Made by a program: the position numbers and the translations under genes
Part shown: positions 1 through 8,292 of the stretch, one piece after another
How positions within the stretch are numbered: position 1 is the first letter of the stretch
Layout of the letters: every line of letters starts with the position of its first letter
From: an uncultured Dehalococcoidia bacterium
GTDB taxonomy: Bacteria > Chloroflexota > Dehalococcoidia > GIF9 > UBA5629
DNA length: 55,206 bases
Assembly: GCA_903844685.1 (NCBI GenBank)
Contig: CAIMUM010000139.1
Span: 1-55,206 of the forward strand
Reading direction: 5' to 3'
Notes under the pieces: model-generated
What the model saw: only the letters and a program-made list of their open reading frames with translations
Database searches by the model: none
What the model was told of the DNA's origin: nothing

Positions 1-1
1 C

Positions 2-256
2 GGCGGAACCGTCCAGACCTTTACGATCAATTACGTGGCCGCCGAGGGCCGCGAGTCCGAGGCGCCCTATATCGTGGCGATCGTAGAACTGGACGACGGT
101 CCCTGGATCATGGGCAACATCGTCGACCTCAAGCCGGAGGAGGCTACCATGGACATTATGGGCAGAAAGGTGATCATGGAGGGGTCGGCTGTCTTCGCCG
201 GGGACAGGTACTCCTCAGGCGAGACAGCCCGCCCGCTTTTCAAACTGGTAACTTAG
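2..256 (+). CDS. Zn-ribbon/OB-fold (DUF35-type) acyl-CoA-binding protein, C-terminal part (5' truncated)
   Basis: Frame is open from base 2: GGTVQTFTINYV...APYIVAIVELDDGPWIMGNI, a typical DUF35 OB-fold signature. Confidence 0.85.
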   Translation, partial: GGTVQTFTINYVAAEGRESEAPYIVAIVELDDGPWIMGNIVDLKPEEATMDIMGRKVIMEGSAVFAGDRYSSGETARPLFKLVT

Positions 257-260
257 GGCA

Positions 261-327
261 CGGGCGCACCTGAAGGTACGCCCCTACGTTTAGCTAATTT
301 GTAGGGGCGGGTTTTTAAACCCGCCCG
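261..327. repeat. Pair of GTAG-type REP-like palindromes (type A reverse at 261-287, type B forward at 301-327)
   Basis: CGGGCGCACCTGAAGGTACGCCCCTAC and GTAGGGGCGGGTTTTTAAACCCGCCCG: a GTAG head plus a GC-rich hairpin. Both recur inverted at 10310-10373. Confidence 0.85.
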
Positions 328-336
328 CAATCAATA

Positions 337-533
337 GTCATTGCGGTGAGCCGAAGCTGCGAGCCGAAGGCGTGGCAGGTAGCGAAGCAATCTCCGGAGA
401 TCGCCACGTCGCTCCGCTCCTCGCGATGACGATAATATGAGCTGTCATTGCGAGGCCTGAAAGGCCGCGGCAATCTTTATATATTTGTCCTTCGCCTGCA
501 AGGATGCGTCGCTCCGCTCCTCGCGATGACAGC
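337..533. repeat. Two tandem palindromic elements of the GTCATTGCG...GCAATCT...CTCGCGATGAC type (RPE-like miniature repeats)
   Basis: Copies at 337-430 and 441-533 have inverted termini (GCTGTCATTGCGAGG / CCTCGCGATGACAGC in copy 2). An identical 24-mer, CGTCGCTCCGCTCCTCGCGATGAC, sits at 407-430 and 507-530. Confidence 0.8.
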
Positions 534-555
534 AAAAGAAAAGGAGGTACAGGTC

Positions 556-1440
556 ATGAAGATACTGGGCATCGTGGGAAGCTGCCGCAAGCTTGGCAAC
601 ACGGAGATACTGGTCAAGGAAGCCCTGATGGCCGCGCAGGAACAGGGGGCCGAGGTCGACATCGTCAGGTGGACCAACTACGATATATTCCCCTGCGAAG
701 GCGACGCCGTCTGCATGTTCCTGGACAAGGACTGCAAGCACAAGGACAGGGACGGCCACGATTACCTGCTCAATATGATGTACGAGTTCGATGGCGTTGT
801 GCTGGGCGCGCCCTGCTATATACTGGAGGTGGAGGCCGTGATCAAACAGTTCATCGACCGTCTCTTTATATTGTCCAGCCGTCCCTCGAAGATGGTAGGC
901 AAGCCCGCCGCCATTATCGTGCCCTACGCCACGCGCGGCTGGACATCCTATGCCTTCCTCCAGCCCACCATCGTGCTGCACTTCCTGGGCATGCACGTCA
1001 TCGACAAACAGCTCATCCACATACAAGCCATGAGCGAGACGGCCGGCGACCCTCTGGCCAGGGAAAAGGCGCGCCGTATTGGCAAAGAGGTCGCGGACGC
1101 CGTCCGCACGGGCGACCACTCCTATAAGGGCGACCCTGGCATCTGCCCGGTCTGCCACGAGCGCAACATCCGCATTATGAGCGACAACCAGACCGTAGAG
1201 TGCGGCATCTGCGCCATCCGCGGCAGGCTCTCTATTGTAGACGGTAAGATAAGGGCAGAGTTTCCACAAGAACAACTCAAGTGGCACAGGTTCGCCCCCG
1301 AGAGCCTCTACCGCCACAGCACCTATGAGATAAAGCCCTCCAAGGACTACTTCATCAGGAAGTGGCCGGCACTCAAGCAGCAGCGAGGGATATACAAGGA
1401 GTTCCTCGATATCGACCGCGGAGCCAAGGAGGCCAGGTGA
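556..1440 (+). CDS. Flavodoxin-fold / iron-sulfur flavoprotein-like (NADPH-dependent FMN reductase family) with C-terminal Zn-ribbon
   Basis: MKILGIVGSCRKLGNTE FMN-binding loop, LGAPCY, KQFIDR, C-terminal CPVC...CGIC. SD AAGGAGG at 541-547 favours ATG 556. Confidence 0.85.
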   Translation: MKILGIVGSCRKLGNTEILVKEALMAAQEQGAEVDIVRWTNYDIFPCEGDAVCMFLDKDCKHKDRDGHDYLLNMMYEFDGVVLGAPCYILEVEAVIKQFIDRLFILSSRPSKMVGKPAAIIVPYATRGWTSYAFLQPTIVLHFLGMHVIDKQLIHIQAMSETAGDPLAREKARRIGKEVADAVRTGDHSYKGDPGICPVCHERNIRIMSDNQTVECGICAIRGRLSIVDGKIRAEFPQEQLKWHRFAPESLYRHSTYEIKPSKDYFIRKWPALKQQRGIYKEFLDIDRGAKEAR

Positions 1441-1817
1441 TGGAAGAGCTAACCGCAGTGCTGAGATATTTCCCGCTCGATCCGGTAACCAACCCGCCCA
1501 ACCCCATCCTGCGGGACGACCTCGACCGCATAGCCGGCGAAACGGGCACGACGATCACCCTCGCTGCCGTGGTTGGCAAGAGCCGCACCGTGGAGGGGGA
1601 GGTAATACGCGAAGACACCATGAACAGCGCCATCGAGGACGTCAGCCAGGATGTCATAACCTTAACCGCAAAAGACGAGAAGGCCTTAACACTGGCTGTA
1701 CGTGCCCTTTTCAAACTCTACCGGGCGCCCCGCACCGTGTTCGGCGCCTGGGGCAGCTCGCCCCGCGGCAGGGAAATAGTTTACAGGCTCTGTGACGAGT
1801 ACGACGGCTGGTATTAA
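1440..1817 (+). CDS. Hypothetical protein (125 aa)
   Basis: TGATG overlap with the upstream stop; GGAGG SD; codon style matches the neighbours. Confidence 0.75.
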   Translation: MEELTAVLRYFPLDPVTNPPNPILRDDLDRIAGETGTTITLAAVVGKSRTVEGEVIREDTMNSAIEDVSQDVITLTAKDEKALTLAVRALFKLYRAPRTVFGAWGSSPRGREIVYRLCDEYDGWY

Positions 1818-1829
1818 GGCATTAAAGAC

Positions 1830-2270
1830 ATGAAAGTTGAGAAGGATAGGCTGAACCAGTTAAAGCGCGATGCCATCCAGGGGTTCATCAAGTATATCGG
1901 CATGAAGGCGGTATCCATGTCGCCGGGCAAATTCACCACCAGATTAAAGCTGGAAAAACGCCATCTCCAGCAGGATGGCTTTGCGCATGCAGGTTTGGTG
2001 GCTGCTATGGCCGACCATACGGCGGGCTATGCCAGCTTTTCCCTGGTACCCGCGGACAGGCGCATCCTGACCATGGAATACAAGATCAGCTATTTCCGGC
2101 CCGCCGCCGGTGACTACCTGGAATGCAGGGGCCACGTTATCAAATCCGGCCGGCAGGTGCTCTTCACAGAGGCAGACGTCTACTCGGTGAAAGGCGGGGA
2201 GAAGACTTTGGTAGCCAGGGCTATGCATACCATGACCGCCGTTCCCGTGGACAAGATGCCCAAAGCCTGA
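1830..2270 (+). CDS. PaaI-family hotdog-fold thioesterase
   Basis: HLQQDGFAHAGLVAAMADHTAG; TMEYKISYFRPA. Confidence 0.9.
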   Translation: MKVEKDRLNQLKRDAIQGFIKYIGMKAVSMSPGKFTTRLKLEKRHLQQDGFAHAGLVAAMADHTAGYASFSLVPADRRILTMEYKISYFRPAAGDYLECRGHVIKSGRQVLFTEADVYSVKGGEKTLVARAMHTMTAVPVDKMPKA

Positions 2271-2318
2271 CAGGTACTAAACGGGGTTTTAGTTGGCGGC
2301 CCGGGGCCTGGATTTGCT

Positions 2319-3113
2319 TCATCCGATCTTAAAGCATCTCATCGAGATTGAACGATTCTGAAATCCTTCATAAATAAATTCCAGTGCATCATCTGTTTCC
2401 TGCATGCCGATGGCGCATATCATGGGAAGATAATGGTCGAGAGTAGGCACGGAGAGTGACGTTGCCCTGTTCATATTCTGGCAATCCAGCAAGTCTTTAT
2501 GGTTTCGATCCAGCAAATCGCGTTTAACTTTCTCATCAAATTCGATTGCCCACTCATACGGCTTTGCATCCATATTTTCCATGTCAACAACCCTGAGATT
2601 GTGAACAATATTACCGCTTCCAATTATCAGGACGCCTTTTTCCCTCAAAGGACCAAGCTGTCTCGCCAATTCGTAAAAATACTGCAAAGATTGGCGGTTC
2701 CACCCATTGTAAGGGGAGTAATCCAGGCTCAACTCGATGACAGGTATATCAGCGCTGGGATAGATATGTTTCAAAATCGACCACGCGGCATGATCAAGTC
2801 CCCAGGCATAATCGTTCTTAATTACCGGTTTTTTTGCTAATTCTGTTATCAGTTTTGCATCTTCGGGAGAGCCGGGACTGGGATAGTCCAGCCGGTACAA
2901 TTCGTTGGGGAATCCATAGAAATCGTAGATCGTTTTGGGTTTTTGCACGGATGTTACATAGGTGCCATCGGTTAACCAGTGAGCGGAAATTACCAGTATC
3001 GTTCTTGGCCTGGGTAATTCCTTCCCCAATTTGGCCAGGCGCCGCGTAAAGTCATTCTTCAAAATGATGTTCATGGGCGAGCCATGGCCTATAAACAAAA
3101 CCGGCATTTTCAT
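2319..3113 (-). CDS. ygiD: 4,5-DOPA extradiol dioxygenase (LigB/YgiD family)
   Basis: MPVLFIGHGSPMN, ISAHW, YDFYGFP, WGLDHAAW, GSGNIVHNL, PTLDHYLP, SISMRC. Confidence 0.92.
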   Translation of the reverse strand: MKMPVLFIGHGSPMNIILKNDFTRRLAKLGKELPRPRTILVISAHWLTDGTYVTSVQKPKTIYDFYGFPNELYRLDYPSPGSPEDAKLITELAKKPVIKNDYAWGLDHAAWSILKHIYPSADIPVIELSLDYSPYNGWNRQSLQYFYELARQLGPLREKGVLIIGSGNIVHNLRVVDMENMDAKPYEWAIEFDEKVKRDLLDRNHKDLLDCQNMNRATSLSVPTLDHYLPMICAIGMQETDDALEFIYEGFQNRSISMRCFKIG

Positions 3114-3185
3114 GACAGCGCCTCCTCACATATTTCTTAACCGGTTAACTTTCCTACGCACCTTTCAGGGTTCCAGGTTATATGA

Positions 3186-4052
3186 TTACGCGTGTTTGAT
3201 AAATGTCCCATCCCGGTATTCTTGAAATGCTATGCTCAGTTCCTCCTGAGTGTTCATCACTATGGGACCATACCAGGCGACCGGTTCTTTGATGGGTTGC
3301 CCCGAAATAAGCAGAAATCTTACTGACTTTTCCAGGGTACTGACCATAATCTCGTCACCGTCATGGAATGCCACGAGATGTTCCGGGCCCAATAAACTCC
3401 CGCTGCCAGCATCAAAATGCCCGGCGCCCTCTATAACATAGGCAAGCACAGTGCGTCCTTTGCCGGTGGCGCGTCTGAATTGGGAGTTGGGTGGCACCGT
3501 GATGTCCAGGTACTCCGGGGCTGTGACAATATCCTGGACAGGACCCGTGATATCATCGATCTTTCCGCATATGATTTTTACCGAGGCGCCGCCGGTAATA
3601 ATTGTGGGGATTTGACTGCTCTTAACATCGCGGTAGCGGGGCCCCATCATTTTATGCGAGGCCGGGAGATTAGCCCAAAGTTGAAAACCCCACATCAATC
3701 CGCCTTTCTGCCCTTTGGGCATTTCCTGGTGGATTATACCGCTCCCCGCTGTCATCCACTGGACATCTCCAGGATAGATTATGCCTTTGTTAGCCATGCT
3801 GTCACCATGTTCAATCTCGCCGTGGATCACGTATGTAATGGTCTCAATCCCCCGGTGAGGATGCCACGGAAAACCCTTAAGATAATCCGCAGGATTTTCC
3901 GAATGGAAATCATCCAACAGTAAAAATGGGTCGAAAAGCGGCGCTTCGCTATTTCCAAAGGCCCGTTTCAAATGGACACCTGCCCCTTCAATGGTAGGCT
4001 TGCCTTTGATTACCCTGTCTATCCTTCTAACCGCACACATATTATCCACCAC
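3186..4052 (-). CDS. Pirin family protein
   Basis: DPFLLLDDF, GFPWHPHRGIETITY, QWMTAGSGIIHQEMP, QLWANLP, YGPIVMNT. Start may be 4052 (GTG) or 4040 (ATG). Confidence 0.95.
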   Translation of the reverse strand: MVDNMCAVRRIDRVIKGKPTIEGAGVHLKRAFGNSEAPLFDPFLLLDDFHSENPADYLKGFPWHPHRGIETITYVIHGEIEHGDSMANKGIIYPGDVQWMTAGSGIIHQEMPKGQKGGLMWGFQLWANLPASHKMMGPRYRDVKSSQIPTIITGGASVKIICGKIDDITGPVQDIVTAPEYLDITVPPNSQFRRATGKGRTVLAYVIEGAGHFDAGSGSLLGPEHLVAFHDGDEIMVSTLEKSVRFLLISGQPIKEPVAWYGPIVMNTQEELSIAFQEYRDGTFIKHA

Positions 4053-4183
4053 CTGCCTGTAACGCTATCCTCAATTTACATGTTAAGCTCGATACCCGGA
4101 AATCACAAATCTATGTGCGGGGAACTGTTGTGACTTAGGTGTCAAAGCAAATTATGATCAACCCCGGGGCACGACTTAGAGGC

Positions 4184-5653
4184 TCATCTGCCGGTATTAG
4201 ATTTCCTCAGGTACCCCGCATATTTGTTCAAAGCGGAGTAGGCACGGGAGGCCTGTGTGAAAGACGTGTAGCAGGCCGTGCCCGTCTCCTTCGTAAGCCG
4301 GGCTGCCGTCCCGGCGATGATATCAATATCGACAGGCAAAATGAGGGATACCAGTACCGGTTTACCGTAGCGGTCTTTCAAAACATTCATATCGCGGTAG
4401 TAGCGTTCAAACCTCTCTATCGCTCCATGCGCAAAGCCTTCAGTCATCGATTTGCTGCCCATCCTTTCCTCAATATACTTCCACATCGACTGCACCCCGC
4501 CCACCACACCCAGGACCATCAGGCCATCCAGTACCGGGCTTTCCAATAGTGCCTGCACCATATCCTCAGCCTCGCCCTTGACACCAGCCACGGTGTCTAC
4601 CGGATTGTTGTGCGACCAGATAGGTGGCAGTATCGCATCCAGCTTGTCCAGTGTGGCACGGTCCAGCTGGGGGACCTCCAGTCCCATCCTGGAACAGACG
4701 TCCGCCCCGATCACACCCCAGCCACCACCCGGCGCTATGATGCCGACTCTGTTGCCCACCGGCAATGGCTGGTTACTGAAGGCACAGGCCATGTCCACCA
4801 TTTCCTCGATGCTGTCCGCCCTAATGACGCCTGCCTGCCTCAGCAGGCTGGCGATTACCTCTTCGCTACCCGCCAGGGCCGCGGTGTGCGACCTGGCCGC
4901 CCTCGCCCCTGCCGCGGAGCTCCCTGCCTTCAACATGATCAGCGGCTTCTTGGCCGTCACCTTCTTGATCGCATCCGCAAAACGGCGGCCGTCCCTGATA
5001 CCCTCGACATAGGAAAGTACCACCGATACCCGGTCATCGCCAGCCAGGTATTCCAGATAGTCACCGATGCGCAGCACCGCCTCGTTGCCCGCGCTGATCA
5101 GGTGGCTGATTCCTATGCCACGGTCGCACAGCTGGAGGGAGATAATATCGGCCACGCTCCCGCTCTGTGCGACCACGGCTATCGAGCCCTTGAAAGGGTA
5201 AACCGGCATCATATGGCAATACAGGCTGCGGTGCGTGCTGATCATACCCACGCAGTTGGGGCCCACCAGTGCCAGCCCCGCGCGGCGTGCCAGGGCCGCT
5301 ATCTCAGCTTCGAGGGCGGCCCCTTCCGCTCCCACCTCTGAAAACCCGGACGTGATAACGATAGCCGCCCGCACGCCCTTGCGTACGCAGTCCTCAATGA
5401 CTGATTTCACGCCGGCTGTCGGCACCGTGATCACGCACAGGTCCACCGCGCCCGGTATATCACAGACGTTAGGGAACGACTCCAGGCCCAGCACTTCCTT
5501 CTCGCGAGGGTTGACCTGGTAGACCCTGCCCTTGAACCCCTTGTTAATGATGTTGAAGAGTACGCGGTGGCCGAACTTTTCCGGGCTGGCCGACGCGCCG
5601 GCCACGGCAACCGACCCGGGATAAAGCAGGTATTTCAAGTCAATTGATTGCAT
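4184..5653 (-). CDS. NDP-forming acyl-CoA synthetase (acetate-CoA ligase) alpha-type subunit
   Basis: VAVAGASASPEKFG, ITSGFSE, GPNCVG, QSG, phospho-His motif RSHTAALAGS, NPVD. No ATP-grasp (beta) domain. Confidence 0.88.
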   Translation of the reverse strand: MQSIDLKYLLYPGSVAVAGASASPEKFGHRVLFNIINKGFKGRVYQVNPREKEVLGLESFPNVCDIPGAVDLCVITVPTAGVKSVIEDCVRKGVRAAIVITSGFSEVGAEGAALEAEIAALARRAGLALVGPNCVGMISTHRSLYCHMMPVYPFKGSIAVVAQSGSVADIISLQLCDRGIGISHLISAGNEAVLRIGDYLEYLAGDDRVSVVLSYVEGIRDGRRFADAIKKVTAKKPLIMLKAGSSAAGARAARSHTAALAGSEEVIASLLRQAGVIRADSIEEMVDMACAFSNQPLPVGNRVGIIAPGGGWGVIGADVCSRMGLEVPQLDRATLDKLDAILPPIWSHNNPVDTVAGVKGEAEDMVQALLESPVLDGLMVLGVVGGVQSMWKYIEERMGSKSMTEGFAHGAIERFERYYRDMNVLKDRYGKPVLVSLILPVDIDIIAGTAARLTKETGTACYTSFTQASRAYSALNKYAGYLRKSNTGR

Positions 5654-5701
5654 GAGTCATCGTCCTTGAAATCAACCACCTGATGTAAAACACCCAAAAA
5701 T

Positions 5702-6940
5702 TTATACGGCATCCTTCTTTAATATGTATCCCCTGATAATCTTCAGAGCCGCCTCCACTGCTTCCGGCTCTATGTGCTTGCTTAAATCGTTTGGCGTGTG
5801 GTAGGCCCAGCCCTGGTCATAGTCCTTGAGATCGAAGCTCATAGCGCCCAGGTTGGTAGCTTCGATGCCGGCCTCCCCGAATGCAGCCGCATCGGTGCTG
5901 CCGCCGCCGAACGACATGGCTGAAATGGTGGAAGGGTATCCCAGGTCCTTGGCTATATCAACACAGTCCTGTGCCAGCTGGTGCGACAATTTGACGGTGG
6001 AATTGAGGTCTTTATCCAGGAAACTCAAGGCTTTGAGCTTATACAATGTGTCTAAGTTCAATACATAGGTTTTTGTATTCAGCAACTCCTCGCGGTGTTT
6101 CTTGATGAAGGCGCGGGCGCCGCGCAGGCCGGCCTCTTCAGCGTCGAAGGAGGCTATTATAAGGCGGGTGTGCTTCAGGGCGTTGCCACCGGTCTTCTTG
6201 ATATTACCGAAGAGGCCGGCAATTTCAGATACTATGGCCACCGCGATCATGTTATCTCCGGCGCCCGGCACAACCTGCCCGGTGGTGAAAAATGCCATGG
6301 GCAGCACCAGTATTCCGCCGGCTATAAGCACGACAGCTATCCACTGCGGCAACAAAATATTGAATACCAATAATACTGTAGCCACCAGGGATACGAGAAA
6401 CCCAAGAACCAAAAACAGTATGCCACTGTTAATAAGAAACGCGTAGTATTTCGGTGCCTTATCCAGCAGATGGAAAACGTATGCAGCGTCATGATGGGCA
6501 CTTACTACGATCTGCTGCTTAACCTCCCCGGAAGGTTCGATGCTGCCGTACACGTTATAGGCTTGCCGTTTGGGGAATAGCGGGTCGAGCAAATGCCAGT
6601 AGCGGACAAATTGCCCGTAGAAAACAAATAGGCCCAGTGCCATACCGGCAAAGGATATCCAGGCCAGGGTGGGCGCAAGGAAAAGCAGCACCACGCAGGC
6701 GAAATAGAGCACCACCAGGCCGGGTATATACTTTAGGAAACTCCACGGGTGGATATCGAACTGATCGACTTTGACCGTGCCCGCATCGCAGTACTTTTCG
6801 AACTCCTCCTTAACCCTCAGGCTGGCTTTGCGCACCGCCTCACTGCCGGCCACGCGGCCGGGGAAATTCTCCACCACCTCGTCGCAGAATGCAAAGGTGT
6901 GCTTGACCTGCTGTTCAGATATGTTTGCTATCTCTGGCAT
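5702..6940 (-). CDS. Membrane-embedded M28-family metallopeptidase
   Basis: SAHHD, GAGDN, DAEEAGLRG, NLD and YHTPND metal ligands, with two pairs of hydrophobic helices. Confidence 0.85.
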   Translation of the reverse strand: MPEIANISEQQVKHTFAFCDEVVENFPGRVAGSEAVRKASLRVKEEFEKYCDAGTVKVDQFDIHPWSFLKYIPGLVVLYFACVVLLFLAPTLAWISFAGMALGLFVFYGQFVRYWHLLDPLFPKRQAYNVYGSIEPSGEVKQQIVVSAHHDAAYVFHLLDKAPKYYAFLINSGILFLVLGFLVSLVATVLLVFNILLPQWIAVVLIAGGILVLPMAFFTTGQVVPGAGDNMIAVAIVSEIAGLFGNIKKTGGNALKHTRLIIASFDAEEAGLRGARAFIKKHREELLNTKTYVLNLDTLYKLKALSFLDKDLNSTVKLSHQLAQDCVDIAKDLGYPSTISAMSFGGGSTDAAAFGEAGIEATNLGAMSFDLKDYDQGWAYHTPNDLSKHIEPEAVEAALKIIRGYILKKDAV

Positions 6941-6956
6941 CTCGTACCTCCTTCGC

Positions 6957-7622
6957 TTAGAAGCCCAGCCAGGTGGTTATCTTATCCACCGGTTCACGCG
7001 GGGTGATCATCTTGTTGACGGCGAAGCCTTCGTCCGGGTAGCCGATGGTGATGCCCGCGATCAGGCGCTTGGTCTCGGGGATGCCGGCGTGTTTGCGCCA
7101 GACCTGATCGTACATGATACCCTGGTCGGCGATGCAGGTACCCAGCCCGAAATCCAGCGCGGCTAAGCAAATGCTCTGGCATATGGCGCCGATGCCCAGC
7201 ATATCCAGGTGGTACTGCATCTCCTTCTCGGCGCAGATAACGATCTGGCAGGGGGAATCGAAGAAGCGGAACCCGCGCAGCATCCACTTCTTGCGCGCCT
7301 CCTTGTCCTCGCGGCTGATGCCGATGATCTTGAATATCTCCATGGCCAGGTCGACCTGGCGCTGTCGGTAGATCCCCTCGTAGGGCTTGCGCAGCATATC
7401 GTTGGTGGGGAATGAGCCCTCGTTGAAGAGTTTGCTGCATTCCTCCCGTATCTCGTCCAGCACCTTTCCGCTGGCCACTACGAACTCCCAGGGCTGCGTG
7501 TTCATGCCTGAGGGCGTGCGGACGGCCGCCTCCAGTATCTTGTGGATGACATCTTTGGGCACGGGGTCCTTCTTAAATCCGCGAATGCTCCTGCGGGAAT
7601 TCAAAGCCTTTATAACGTCCAA
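6957..7622 (-). CDS. Nitroreductase family protein
   Basis: RRSIRGF, PSGMNTQPW, GLGTC, IGYPD. The TTG start at 7622 follows an AAGGAGG SD. Confidence 0.92.
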   Translation of the reverse strand: MDVIKALNSRRSIRGFKKDPVPKDVIHKILEAAVRTPSGMNTQPWEFVVASGKVLDEIREECSKLFNEGSFPTNDMLRKPYEGIYRQRQVDLAMEIFKIIGISREDKEARKKWMLRGFRFFDSPCQIVICAEKEMQYHLDMLGIGAICQSICLAALDFGLGTCIADQGIMYDQVWRKHAGIPETKRLIAGITIGYPDEGFAVNKMITPREPVDKITTWLGF

Positions 7623-7680
7623 TGCATGCCTCCTTAAAATAATCGGCCTGTATTCTACAATTAATAAGGGGGTAAATTCC

Positions 7681-7705
7681 AAACCGTTACAATTTGTTAC
7701 GGTTT
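7681..7705. promoter_or_regulatory. 12-1-12 inverted repeat (candidate operator) upstream of the nitroreductase promoter
   Basis: AAACCGTTACAA-T-TTGTTACGGTTT with one mismatch. A minus-strand -10 TAGAAT lies at 7652-7657. Confidence 0.45.
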
Positions 7706-7766
7706 CATTATTCTGGTTTTGATGTGACGTGGTTGCAGGAGGTTATATTTATAAGTAATTAATTGA

Positions 7767-7946
7767 CTACTGACTGCCAAGCATCCTGGTGATGTGCCTG
7801 GCTAAACTCTCGGTTATTTCGCGGTGCCGCGGTACAGGTTGAGAAACCTTAGTATGCTGATTTTGATACCAATCGTGCCTGGCGCCGTGACGAATTAAGA
7901 CACACCCCAGTTTCTCTAATTGCTTAATGAGCTCAACTCTTTTCAA
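7767..7946 (-). CDS. hicA: Type II TA toxin, HicA family mRNA interferase (59 aa; absent from the ORF track)
   Basis: Manual translation MKRVELIKQLEKLGCVLIRHGARHDWYQNQHTKVSQPVPRHREITESLARHITRMLGSQ shows the HicA G-x-x-H and VPRH motifs. The TTG start overlaps the hicB TGA. Confidence 0.9.
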   Translation of the reverse strand: MKRVELIKQLEKLGCVLIRHGARHDWYQNQHTKVSQPVPRHREITESLARHITRMLGSQ

Positions 7947-8134
7947 CGCACCACCAGTTCACCATGTTTGCGCACGTTAGGGATTTCTCCAGAGGTGAGA
8001 TCTGCGTAAATATCAACAAGGTTCTCTTTTAGCTCCTCCAACGTCGTTCCCTGAGTACGGTAATCAGGATACTCCTCCAGCCATCCAACCCACATATCAT
8101 TTTCCTGGTAATAAATAAACTTCTTTGTTTCCAT
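7943..8134 (-). CDS. hicB: Type II TA antitoxin, short HicB family (63 aa, no DNA-binding domain)
   Basis: WVGWLEEYPDYRTQGTTLEELKENL partial RNase H fold signature. Extended -10 TGCTATAAT at 8207-8215 (minus strand). Confidence 0.88.
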   Translation of the reverse strand: METKKFIYYQENDMWVGWLEEYPDYRTQGTTLEELKENLVDIYADLTSGEIPNVRKHGELVVR

Positions 8135-8292
8135 TGTTGCCCCCTGCTTGGGCCTATTGCACCTGGCTGGAAATTTGTTTAACAACAGGTAATAAGCCGT
8201 AGCGATATTATAGCAAATAGCCTCATCCCTGTGCAGTACGCAGAGAGAATTTTCTACCACCCCACCCCCACTCCATGTTAATATGTCGGGAA

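Noticed and set aside
407-530. Identical 24-mers 100 bp apart as a mini CRISPR array
   Set aside because: Only two copies, a 76-nt gap, each is the 3' arm of a larger palindromic element, and there are no cas genes in the window.
448-555. N-terminal extension of the flavoprotein through repeat copy 2 (ORF track start 448)
   Set aside because: A strong AAGGAGG SD precedes ATG 556, where the family N-terminus (MKILGIVGS) begins. The open frame through the repeat is probably incidental.
445-1317. 290-aa antisense ORF
   Set aside because: Shadow of a GC3-rich sense gene; no motifs.
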